DNA of 64,000 bases from Candidatus Sericytochromatia bacterium. Lineage in GTDB: Bacteria; Cyanobacteriota; Sericytochromatia; S15B-MN24; JAQBPE01. Positions 49,245 to 58,283 of the stretch are shown here, piece by piece (position 1 is the stretch's first letter; each line of letters opens with the position of its first letter). The stretch is taken from contig JBBAPZ010000015.1 of NCBI GenBank assembly GCA_040400605.1, positions 29,760-93,759 of the forward strand. The letters run 5' to 3'. The translations under genes and the position numbers were made by a program. The notes under the pieces are model-generated. The model was not told where the DNA came from. It made no database searches and saw nothing but the letters and a program-made list of their open reading frames with translations.

Positions 49245-51200
49245 TCAATCACGCCAAAAGCCAACGATGGCTTGCAGCAACGTTTCCAACACGCCGCACT
49301 CGAAGTTGTTGAGCAACACCGGCACACCATCCGGCGCATGGTAAAGCACTTGGCCCCAGCGGCCCGCATGGGACCATTGGCACAGCACAATGTGACCCAA
49401 CTGGGCGATTTGCCAATGTCGTTTACGTTTGGCGAGGTGCGGGAAACGCTCAAACACGAAGCCCAAGCGCCCATCGCGCGCGGTAATCGGTCTAAGACCA
49501 TCACACGCGGGACAAGGCACAGGTGCCTTGCCCGCGCAAGCCGAACAGGCGTGAAGACCACAATTGACGCAACCCGTGCTGTCCCCTGCGGGCATCACGG
49601 TATGGCATGCGCAACAAGTGACCGACGAGCCTGGCTTGACAACGGGTGATGCCTCTTGCGTCACAGGCGCTGTACCGCCTGCGGCAGCGCCGGATTGCGC
49701 CCCACTCGGTGCCGCCTGAAACGCGGCAGGCACCGCAGATGACACAGCGATTGCTGTTGGGGTATCGGCCAACGCCTGTTGACCCCCAACATCGCTGCCA
49801 CGCTTCACGGCGTGTGTCACGTGCCTCGGACAAGCCAGTTGACCCGTCTCGTGGTCAAGTTTGGCGTGTGCAAAACAGAGTGCCACACCACACGTTTGAC
49901 AGGTCGCTTGACAGGTCGCACACACGGGCTGTTGGCAGCCCCCACACAGTTGCACGTGGTTTTGGCATGCTGCTTGTTGACATTGCCCACAGGCGATCGC
50001 ACACGCCTCACAGGTTTCTTGACGACAGGTATGGCACACTGACGTCGCAGCTGCACTGGCTACGGAAGCGGCACCACAGGTTTTGCAGCCGCTCACGCAG
50101 TCTGAGCAGGCAAAACGTCCCCCCGCGAGTGGGACCGGGTTTTTCAAGGGCGCCTGGCAGCGTGCGCACGGGGGAAGTGTGAGCTCACGCGCAACGGGGC
50201 AAAAACTCAGTTCCCATTGGTGGTGGGTCCCGTCGGGTGCCTGCACCGTTGCGTCGTACCAAAGGCGATCATAAGCCACATGACAAATCGCGGCGAGATC
50301 GGTCACGGCGGTCAGTTCGTGACGCGCCCGTTCCTGTTCGAGTTTCTCAGCCAATGCCTCGTCAATTTTAAGCATCTTTTCAGTGGTCTGCGCCTGAAAA
50401 CCTTCCAGATGCGCACCGAGCTGCTGATGTTCTTCAAGCAGACGGGCGCGATGGTGCGGGTGGCCGGTTTGTTCCAAAGCCAGCGCAAGGCCCGCCAGCT
50501 TGTCCTGCAACACCTCGAGGCGCGTTGTCAGGGTGCGACGCTGCTGGGCAAAGTATTCCGTAATGCGGTGATTGGCCTCTTGCGCCAGATCCTGCAGTTC
50601 GGCCTCGATTTCGAGTCCCCGTGCGTCTGTGGCTTGATCAACCAAATCCAGCGAGCGTGTCAAGAAATGTTGCACAACCGCCTCGGCGATTTGTTGCTCG
50701 GGTTTGAGCATGATGTAGGGGGTTTGGTAAAAAATCGGTTCCAGTGCCACAAAGCGCTTGGCGAGTCTCACATCCCACAGATGGTGTTGCATCATTTCGC
50801 GTCGGGCGTTGAGCGCGGGCGAGTCAAAGGTAACGCGGTGCGAGTAGCCCAGTGCCTGGCGACTTTCGACGCGATTGAGCTTGGCATCGAGGAGCGTCCA
50901 GTCCGTGGGCATCAGGGCGGACAGGGTTTGCACGTGATGGGCGATCGGCCCGGCTGTCAAGTAGCGGTAAGACACGGTAACATCACCGGTAAGGTCGTCG
51001 ATGATGCTGCGCCATTGCGGCGATGTAGCGGTCAAGGCATGGTGCGGCTCCTGGTTGTCACAACCGAAGTTGACAGTCAATGGCGTGCCGTCTGGGGGTT
51101 TGACCTCGAAGGTGTCGCCGTGATCATCCAGACTGCGAACCATCGCCCCGCTCTGACGGTAGTATTTGAGGGCGAAGCGGCGTATCGATTGGTCGTTCAC
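49245..51200 (-). CDS. YqhG-like protein with a multi-zinc-finger C-terminal region
   Basis: Start reassigned to GTG 51200 (GGAGG RBS). N-terminus resembles YqhG-type SNF2 partners, followed by a coiled coil and 16 CxxC/CxxH dyads. Confidence 0.7.
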   Translation of the reverse strand: MNDQSIRRFALKYYRQSGAMVRSLDDHGDTFEVKPPDGTPLTVNFGCDNQEPHHALTATSPQWRSIIDDLTGDVTVSYRYLTAGPIAHHVQTLSALMPTDWTLLDAKLNRVESRQALGYSHRVTFDSPALNARREMMQHHLWDVRLAKRFVALEPIFYQTPYIMLKPEQQIAEAVVQHFLTRSLDLVDQATDARGLEIEAELQDLAQEANHRITEYFAQQRRTLTTRLEVLQDKLAGLALALEQTGHPHHRARLLEEHQQLGAHLEGFQAQTTEKMLKIDEALAEKLEQERARHELTAVTDLAAICHVAYDRLWYDATVQAPDGTHHQWELSFCPVARELTLPPCARCQAPLKNPVPLAGGRFACSDCVSGCKTCGAASVASAAATSVCHTCRQETCEACAIACGQCQQAACQNHVQLCGGCQQPVCATCQATCQTCGVALCFAHAKLDHETGQLACPRHVTHAVKRGSDVGGQQALADTPTAIAVSSAVPAAFQAAPSGAQSGAAAGGTAPVTQEASPVVKPGSSVTCCACHTVMPAGDSTGCVNCGLHACSACAGKAPVPCPACDGLRPITARDGRLGFVFERFPHLAKRKRHWQIAQLGHIVLCQWSHAGRWGQVLYHAPDGVPVLLNNFECGVLETLLQAIVGFWRD

Positions 51201-51403
51201 AAGCACCTCCAGCATGATCCACCTTGAAACGAAGCGTGTGGGACTGACAGACCAATCCAACCAGCGCCTGAAGCATCCGGTGCCACGGTCGGCCCTGATT
51301 GCCGAAACAGTGGCCTGACGGGCGCCCGTTGGATCGGTCTCCCATTTGATTCAACACATGACAGTCTGGACAAATGGGCACTCCTCATGGGGTAACGCGT
51401 GGT

Positions 51404-53182
51404 TTAGACGGCGGTCTCTAAAGCGGATAGATCGAGCAAAGCCAAGGTTTTGGCATCGAAAGCCTTGATCTGATCCGCGGCTTGCTTGGCCAATGCCAAC
51501 GACTCGCCGAACGCTTCGAACTGATAACGCAAGGCTTTGGGTTCACGCGTCGCCGCAATCAGATCGATCACCGCCTTCTCAAATCCGTCCACCCCGCGCA
51601 AATTGCTCAGGATCAGGTCCGTTTCACCGACCGCGTTGGTGAAGAGTTCTATTTTCTGCTCCAACAAATGCAAAATGTACTCTTCCACCGTGTCTTTGAT
51701 GGCCATGTTCAGGATCACCACATCCCGTTGTTGGCCGATGCGGTGCACGCGACCGATCCGTTGCTCCACCCGCATCGGGTTCCAGGGCAGGTCGTAGTTG
51801 ATCAACACATGGCAAAATTGCAGGTTAATGCCCTCACTGCCCGCGTCGGTACACAAAAACACTTCTCCATCACGGGCTTTAAATGCCTCCACCGCTTCAT
51901 CCTTGGCTTTTTGCGACATCGCTCCGGAAAACACGATGACCCGATAGCCCACTTGCTCAAGCTGCGCTTTCAGATACCGTTGGGTCTCGTGGAAGCTGGT
52001 AAAAACGATCGCGCGACCATCGCCATCAGGGCCTGGCCGGATCACCTGCTTGAGCGATTGTAACAAAGCCAATGTCTTGGAATTCGTCACCACCCCCTCC
52101 GCAGCACGGCGCACACGCTGCAACGACGCCGCCTCAAGCTCGCACTGACACTGCGCCAGCAGGTTTTCAACACTGCTCTTCAACGCCTGCGGACTGCTTG
52201 CCATCATCCGCGAGAGGCGAATGAACGTGAGCGTCCGGCTGCCACGACTCGCTGCCGCACCGGGTACGGTCGGCGCGCCGCGTACGTGATCCAACACGGC
52301 TTCGTGCAAGGCAAGCTCCGCCGCCGTGCCATCGAGCAACACCGTTTCAACCCGCCGGTTCGCAAAACGAATGCCCACATCCACCCGGCGATTCCGGACC
52401 ATAATCTTTGACAGCACGCGCGACAGGTGCTCGCTGTTTTTCAGGACCCGACCGTTCTTGTCCGCGACATAGGTCGCCTTGAAATGCTCCGGTGTACCCA
52501 AAACGCCCTCTTGCAACAAACTGGCCAGGTTGTAAAGCTCAAACAAACTGTTCTGCACAGGTGTCGCGGTCAGCATCAAGCAAAAGCGGCCAGACAACTG
52601 CGACACGAACTGGTACGCCTGTGTGGCGGCATTTTTCAACCGATGCGCCTCATCCACCACGATCAAATCCCACACCTGTTTAAGCAACGCCGGCGCGTTG
52701 GTGGCCGACTTTGCCGTATCGAGGCTGACGATCAGCTGCGGGTGCCGGTCCAAGCCCTGGTACAGCGGATCATCCTCTTTATCCGCCACCACGAACACCT
52801 CGCCAAACTTGTGCAGCAACTCGCCGCGCCACTGCGTTGTCAATGGCGCCGGTGTGAGGATCAAGACACGCTTGACGAGGCCCCGCGCCAGATACTCCTT
52901 GATGATGAGCCCTGCTTCGATCGTCTTGCCCAAGCCCACCTCATCCGCCAAAATGGCCCGCGTGCGCATCTTGTTGATCACCGTCATCACCGCGTTCACC
53001 TGGTGCGGCAAAATCTGGATCTGCTGACGGTCCAGCACCGATACCGCCAACAGGCGATCGATTTGATCCTGCAAGCTCAACTGGTGCGCCCGCACCGTCA
53101 AACCCTGCCACTCCGGATGGCAATACTCCCGATTCACAAAACGACGCAGCCCTTCACCGGCCTGTCGGTACACCTTTTTCAT
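51404..53182 (-). CDS. SNF2-family ATPase/helicase, YqhH-like
   Basis: LADEVGLGKT, DEAH, LTATPVQN, EGINLQ and WNPMRVEQRIGRVHRIGQ. Confidence 0.93.
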   Translation of the reverse strand: MKKVYRQAGEGLRRFVNREYCHPEWQGLTVRAHQLSLQDQIDRLLAVSVLDRQQIQILPHQVNAVMTVINKMRTRAILADEVGLGKTIEAGLIIKEYLARGLVKRVLILTPAPLTTQWRGELLHKFGEVFVVADKEDDPLYQGLDRHPQLIVSLDTAKSATNAPALLKQVWDLIVVDEAHRLKNAATQAYQFVSQLSGRFCLMLTATPVQNSLFELYNLASLLQEGVLGTPEHFKATYVADKNGRVLKNSEHLSRVLSKIMVRNRRVDVGIRFANRRVETVLLDGTAAELALHEAVLDHVRGAPTVPGAAASRGSRTLTFIRLSRMMASSPQALKSSVENLLAQCQCELEAASLQRVRRAAEGVVTNSKTLALLQSLKQVIRPGPDGDGRAIVFTSFHETQRYLKAQLEQVGYRVIVFSGAMSQKAKDEAVEAFKARDGEVFLCTDAGSEGINLQFCHVLINYDLPWNPMRVEQRIGRVHRIGQQRDVVILNMAIKDTVEEYILHLLEQKIELFTNAVGETDLILSNLRGVDGFEKAVIDLIAATREPKALRYQFEAFGESLALAKQAADQIKAFDAKTLALLDLSALETAV

Positions 53183-53583
53183 TCAATCGCCCGCGTTAAA
53201 AAACCTGTTGCTCAACCTCGAAAAACCTGGTCCCCATCCTAACGGTTGCCACCCACAGTTGTTAGTGACACGGGTTACACCACGCCACAACGCCGCCCCC
53301 AACCAATAACAAAAGGGTGCCTGATGCCCAAGGCGCCATCCGAGCGATCGCGGGTCAAAGCAACCCGGGCCCTCGCGACGGTCCGCACGATCAGACCTTC
53401 TTCAAGGCCATCTACGGCGTGGCCCCGTCGGCAACAACTCGGGCCTGCTGACCGACGGCCCACGCATCCGGCAAATCGACCGGCTATCATAGTGGCATGG
53501 TGTCGATTTAAGCGATAATTCGATAGGCTGGTTTTCGGGCTTCGCCAGCCAAACTGTCAAACAACCGCTACAGAGGAATTGGA

Positions 53584-54867
53584 ATGAAAACTGACTGGCG
53601 TCTGGTTGGTGCTTGGGGACTGTCAGATTTTGCTGGCACCGCCATTGCCATGAACATCTTTACGACCTACTTCGCATTGTGGGTCATCAAAGATCTGGGC
53701 TCAAATGATCTCACATACGCCTTGGTCAAAGCTGCCTCGATGGTGTTGGTGATCGCCGTCTCACCAACTTACGGCGCACTGGCGGACAACCCGCGCAGGC
53801 GGCCGGCCTTGTTGTGGGCCACGTTGGCCGTGATTATCGGTTGTGCGACCTCCCTCGCATTGACCCAAAACCTCTGGGTCGCCTTCTTGCTCTTTGCGCT
53901 GGCCAACGTCGGCTACCAACTCAGCACCGTCGCCATCAACGCCCTGTTGCCACTACTGGGGCCCCCGGAACAGCTTGGGCGCATCTCAGGCATCGGACGC
54001 ACCATCGGCTATCTCGGCTCACTCAGCGCCGTCATCATCGGCATGGCCTTTGCGACCGGCCAAGTCTTCGGTCACACCCTGCCGTGGTCCAAAGGCGGTG
54101 CCCACGCCGTCTTTGCGCCGACAGCAGCTCTCGCACTGGTCATGAGCCTCCCGCTCCTTCTGATGCTGAAACGCTTGCCGCACCACGATGAGCACGCACC
54201 CGTGCCCCTGCCCTCACTCAAAAGCACCATCAACGACCTGTGGCATGACCCCCAACTCAAACAGGCGGCCGTGTTCATGATTGGCTGCCTCTTCTTCCTG
54301 GACACCGTTAACACCATCCGCGACTTTATGGGTGTCTATCTGGTGCAGGTCGTTGGATTTTCCGAAACTGACGGCAGCCTCCAACGCTTCTTACTGGGCG
54401 TGGTGTTGTCATCTTTGGCTGGCGCCATCTGCTGGGGCACGCTCACCGACCGCTGGAGCGCCCACAAAACCCTCGTCGCAGTCCTGGTCACACTCACCGT
54501 CGGCTTCGGCGCTTTGGTCGTCGTCACCGACAAGAGCATTGTCACCAAGGTGCTCTCGCCTTTGATCGGCTTTGCATTTGGCGGCATCATCGTCTCCGCG
54601 CGCACCCTGCTCGTGCAGTTGGCGCCGCCGCAGCGCGTGGGCGAACTGTTCGGTGTGTTTGTTGTTTGCAACGACGTGGCTGCGATCGGCGGTCCGCTGC
54701 TTTGGGGCATCGTCGTCAACCAGTTCAGCCACCTCGGGGCGATCGCCTACCAACTCGCGCTAGCCAGCCAATTGATCTTTCTGGTCATCGGCACGGCATG
54801 GGTCGCGCGCGTGCGCCCCGCCCAATCCCTTGCCCGGCCCAGCCAAACCATCGTGCAGAAACCCTGA
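53584..54867 (+). CDS. MFS transporter (UMF1/ATG22-like)
   Basis: About 12 TM; WGLSDFA, GALAD, GRISGIG..GYLG and GELFG. Confidence 0.88.
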   Translation: MKTDWRLVGAWGLSDFAGTAIAMNIFTTYFALWVIKDLGSNDLTYALVKAASMVLVIAVSPTYGALADNPRRRPALLWATLAVIIGCATSLALTQNLWVAFLLFALANVGYQLSTVAINALLPLLGPPEQLGRISGIGRTIGYLGSLSAVIIGMAFATGQVFGHTLPWSKGGAHAVFAPTAALALVMSLPLLLMLKRLPHHDEHAPVPLPSLKSTINDLWHDPQLKQAAVFMIGCLFFLDTVNTIRDFMGVYLVQVVGFSETDGSLQRFLLGVVLSSLAGAICWGTLTDRWSAHKTLVAVLVTLTVGFGALVVVTDKSIVTKVLSPLIGFAFGGIIVSARTLLVQLAPPQRVGELFGVFVVCNDVAAIGGPLLWGIVVNQFSHLGAIAYQLALASQLIFLVIGTAWVARVRPAQSLARPSQTIVQKP

Positions 54868-54929
54868 ATACCGCTCAGCCCCGGGCCCACCGTCAACAAA
54901 AACGACAGGCCCGTTTGAGATGCCAAAGT

Positions 54930-55406
54930 TCACTCGACGCCGCAAGCACCCGCCACATGGGGTTCTTCCGCATCCAAGGTTTCCCACGCCAGCGCCAACC
55001 GATCCAACGCCGCCAAAATGCTGTCGCGTTCGTTTTCGTTCAAGGTTTCCAACACCTGCACCATCACCTGCCGCTTGGCCGCAACAGCCTGTTGCAAGGT
55101 TGAATGACCCAAAGGGCTTAGTTGCACATGAACGGCCCGGCGATCGCTCTCATCCGCCATCCGCGACACCAACCCACGCGCAACCAGGCGATCGACCAAA
55201 GTCGACACCGCCCCCATCGACAACCCCAAGGCTTCCGCCAACGGCGACATCTTCGGCCGCCCCAACGCCTCAATCCCATGCAACGCACACAACTGCGGCG
55301 GCGTTAACTGCGCATCCCGACACGCCCGCGCCACACTCACACGATGCGTCCGCGCCATACGCTCAATCAAGGCCTCATACCGCGCCAGGTCACTTGCGAC
55401 CGACAT
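54930..55406 (-). CDS. MarR-family transcriptional regulator
   Basis: LTPPQ, LAEALGLSMGAVSTLVDRLVARGLVSR and DRR..V.LSPLG. Confidence 0.95.
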   Translation of the reverse strand: MSVASDLARYEALIERMARTHRVSVARACRDAQLTPPQLCALHGIEALGRPKMSPLAEALGLSMGAVSTLVDRLVARGLVSRMADESDRRAVHVQLSPLGHSTLQQAVAAKRQVMVQVLETLNENERDSILAALDRLALAWETLDAEEPHVAGACGVE

Positions 55407-55509
55407 CTCTCAATGACCCCTTCTCAAACTACCCCGGCGCAGCTAAAACCATCCGCACTATGTTCATCTCGACATAAAGGCAACTTGCCCTCTGACTATT
55501 TTACCTGTT

Positions 55510-55533
55510 AAATTGTTTTGGTTCAAAAATTTT
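55510..55533. promoter_or_regulatory. Candidate MarR operator
   Basis: AT-rich imperfect inverted repeat with core TTTTG-GTT-CAAAA, between marR and the divergent operon. Confidence 0.4.
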
Positions 55534-55598
55534 AATTCAGGAACTGCCGCTCAATGGGTTTCGCAAACCTTCAATCGTTCGAAGACAGGTGATCGGTC

Positions 55599-57173
55599 AT
55601 GGGCAGATACACAAAGGTACCATTGGTTCTGTTAAGCGTGCTGATGGGTTGTGATTCGCAATTGAATCTGACCGCGCAACCCGCCAGGCAGCCTGTCGAA
55701 GCGGCTGCGGGCGTGCGGGCGATCGTCACGGCGACGCCTTTCGGTCAAAGCGTGACGATTGACAACCCGGCAGCATTGCCGGAGGCGATTCGCGCTGCGC
55801 GTGAGTTACAGGTGGCGCTCGGCGGTGGTACATTGATTCCTGTCACGCGGCAAGCAGGGGGGTATTACACGTTTGTGCTGCCCTCCAATGCGAGGGTGAC
55901 GCAGGATGTCAGCGGGAGCATGCGGGTCACGTTCGTGATGGATGAGCGTCAGAGCCAGATTGTTGCGCTGAACACGGGGTCGCCGATCACCTTCCAGACG
56001 CCGGCGATTCTGACGGAACCGGCGCCAGCGTTTTTGGTACGAGGGCTGGATGCCACGTTGACCGCCAACACAACGGCCGACGAGCAGGCCTACCAATTCA
56101 ACTGGTTTTATTCGACCACAGGTACGGCGCCGTGGGTCTCGATTCCTGGCGAGGGCAAGAAGGTGCGGTTTACGCCCCCTCAAAGCGGCAATTACCACAT
56201 CAAGCTGGATACGGTGGATCGCAAGACGCAACTGTCTTATTCAACCGTGACGCCCACCGCCTTAATCCTCGTCACGGACGGTGAGAACGTCATCAGCACC
56301 ACACCCAGTGGTGGCAACATCGAACGCGGCACCGCAGTCACCCTGAACTTCAATCGACCCAACAGCCTGAAAGGCGATGCGCTCAAGTGGTCCTGGGGCT
56401 ACGGAGCCAACCCTGGTGGCCCATTCAGCACCATTGCGGGCGATACGGCGACCACCACGTGGTTGCCCACAGGCTTGGGCGCGTTTTTCATTCGTGCGGA
56501 GGTCTCAAACCCTGTCACCGGCGAAGTCAACACCTTCGTGACACCCAGAGCAGCCGTGTTCGTCAACGAGGGGCGTCCGATTGTCACCGTGAATCCGCAA
56601 AGCGTCCGCCGTGGCGATTTGGTCAATTTGCAGTTCAATGTCGCCAACCCGAACAATCGCCCACTCAACTGGTACGTCAGCCGTCAAACAGGACCTGCGC
56701 CAACCTGGACGTTGATTCCAGGCGCGACCAACACCAATACCTTGATCGTCAACGAATCCGGCAGTTATCAATTCCGGGTGGATATGCCGGATGACAACGG
56801 CAACCTGCGCAGTTTCACGACCACGGACCCGGTGCTGGGTGTCACGGAAACCGAACCGCTGCTGCAAAGCGTTCCACTCAACCAGGTGGTCAATCCCGGG
56901 TCGAGCGTCACCTTGCAGTTGAACGCCAGAGGCGTCAACGAGTCGGATTTTCAGTTGACCTGGTATGTCTCAAACAACCCGTTGCTGGGCGCGTGGACGG
57001 CCTTGCCATTCAAAAAGGCGCGTGACGCGAGCAAGAAGACCTTCGAGTGGGAGACCAACGCTGCAACAACCCGGCCCGGCTCGTATTTCGTGAGGGTGGA
57101 TGCGGCGCGCCGGGATGGCACGGCGGTGTATACCTTTACCTCCAGTGGTCCTGTTGTCACCGTCGAAAACTGA
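55599..57173 (+). CDS. Lipoprotein with four tandem Ig-like repeats
   Basis: Lipobox LMGC; four repeats of about 90-100 aa sharing (R/P)G..V.L...W(Y/F)...W..IPG...G.Y..R.D...(T/S)F.T...V.V.E. Confidence 0.8.
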   Translation: MGRYTKVPLVLLSVLMGCDSQLNLTAQPARQPVEAAAGVRAIVTATPFGQSVTIDNPAALPEAIRAARELQVALGGGTLIPVTRQAGGYYTFVLPSNARVTQDVSGSMRVTFVMDERQSQIVALNTGSPITFQTPAILTEPAPAFLVRGLDATLTANTTADEQAYQFNWFYSTTGTAPWVSIPGEGKKVRFTPPQSGNYHIKLDTVDRKTQLSYSTVTPTALILVTDGENVISTTPSGGNIERGTAVTLNFNRPNSLKGDALKWSWGYGANPGGPFSTIAGDTATTTWLPTGLGAFFIRAEVSNPVTGEVNTFVTPRAAVFVNEGRPIVTVNPQSVRRGDLVNLQFNVANPNNRPLNWYVSRQTGPAPTWTLIPGATNTNTLIVNESGSYQFRVDMPDDNGNLRSFTTTDPVLGVTETEPLLQSVPLNQVVNPGSSVTLQLNARGVNESDFQLTWYVSNNPLLGAWTALPFKKARDASKKTFEWETNAATTRPGSYFVRVDAARRDGTAVYTFTSSGPVVTVEN

Positions 57174-57191
57174 GCATCCTGAGGCAATCCG

Positions 57192-58283
57192 ATGAAAACA
57201 TATTTTGCTTTGACCCAACACGCCATGTGCCTGATGCTCATTCCCACCTTCACGATGGTCGGGTTGCCCGAGGCGGCGCAAGCGGCTGCGGACTCCGCAC
57301 GCTCAACAGTATCGGGCAAAGTCGTTGATGAGGCGGGCAAGCCGATCGCCGGTGCGTTGCTCACGCAGCAAGGCGGCTTGGCATCGGTGTTTTCTGGCGC
57401 GGATGGCTCCTTCAAATTGGCGCTGGAAGCGGATGCTTCGCGCGAGCTGGTGGTGTCGGCGGTCGGTTATGAAACAACCACCGTGGTTCCTGCAACGACG
57501 GGCGTGACGGTGGTTAAGTTAAAGGCGCTCCAAAGCTTTATTCCCGGTTCGCAGTTCAACGAAGCCCCAAGCGGCACAGAGGCGATCGCAGCGTCATCAC
57601 CCGCTGTGGCGCCGCTCAACAGCGGGTTGATTCTCGCGTACCGTTTTCGGAACCAGGCACTCAGTGATGGAACCGCCACGCTGAACGGCGTGGCGAACAA
57701 TGATTACCGCATGGGCTTTCGGTTGCGGTTGAAGCCTTGGCTGCTCGAAGCGGAAGGGGCACATTTTCAGACGCCGGTTGATGTGGCGGGCCTGGCGCGG
57801 GAAGACAACCCCGCTTTCAGTCCCAGCACGTGGCAGCTGGGTCTGCGGGCCGGTCGCCTGTGGACCTTGGGTGAGAACATCGAAGCGTCCTTTGGCGCGG
57901 GTTATCGCTGGACGAACACCGTTCCCAACAACCGCAATGTGGCCTATACAGGCAGTGACATTGATTTTGAGCAAACCCGCCACGCATTCGGCGGTGTAAT
58001 GACCTCGGCGTGGCACCCCGGTGGCGGGTCATGGCACGTCGAAGGCATGTTGGGATTGTACCCGTTGGTGCTTGGCACGGCGGATGCGCCGGGACAGCCC
58101 TTTGCGAATTCGCTGCTGACGGATCTTCGCGGTTTGGTGGGTTATGAGGTGCAAAAGGGCATGCGTTTGGGTGCGGGCCTTCAGTTTGAGCGCTGGTCCG
58201 GGCGCGGTGAGGATCGCTCCTTGTTGTATTCGTTGCAGTTGCACTACACGCCGGGCGGCTTGCCTGCAGGAGACGCGCCGTGA
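57192..58283 (+). CDS. Carboxypeptidase-regulatory-like domain plus a probable outer-membrane beta-barrel
   Basis: Signal peptide; VSGKVVDEAGKPIAGA..DGSFKL..LVVSAVGYE; amphipathic beta-strands ending YSLQLHY. Confidence 0.7.
   Translation: MKTYFALTQHAMCLMLIPTFTMVGLPEAAQAAADSARSTVSGKVVDEAGKPIAGALLTQQGGLASVFSGADGSFKLALEADASRELVVSAVGYETTTVVPATTGVTVVKLKALQSFIPGSQFNEAPSGTEAIAASSPAVAPLNSGLILAYRFRNQALSDGTATLNGVANNDYRMGFRLRLKPWLLEAEGAHFQTPVDVAGLAREDNPAFSPSTWQLGLRAGRLWTLGENIEASFGAGYRWTNTVPNNRNVAYTGSDIDFEQTRHAFGGVMTSAWHPGGGSWHVEGMLGLYPLVLGTADAPGQPFANSLLTDLRGLVGYEVQKGMRLGAGLQFERWSGRGEDRSLLYSLQLHYTPGGLPAGDAP

Noticed and set aside
51124..51388. Small ORFs (MPICPDCH..., MRSAHLSR...) between the SNF2 gene and its partner
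   Set aside because: Poor RBS spacing, overlap with the partner gene and no recognisable family; cannot be supported.
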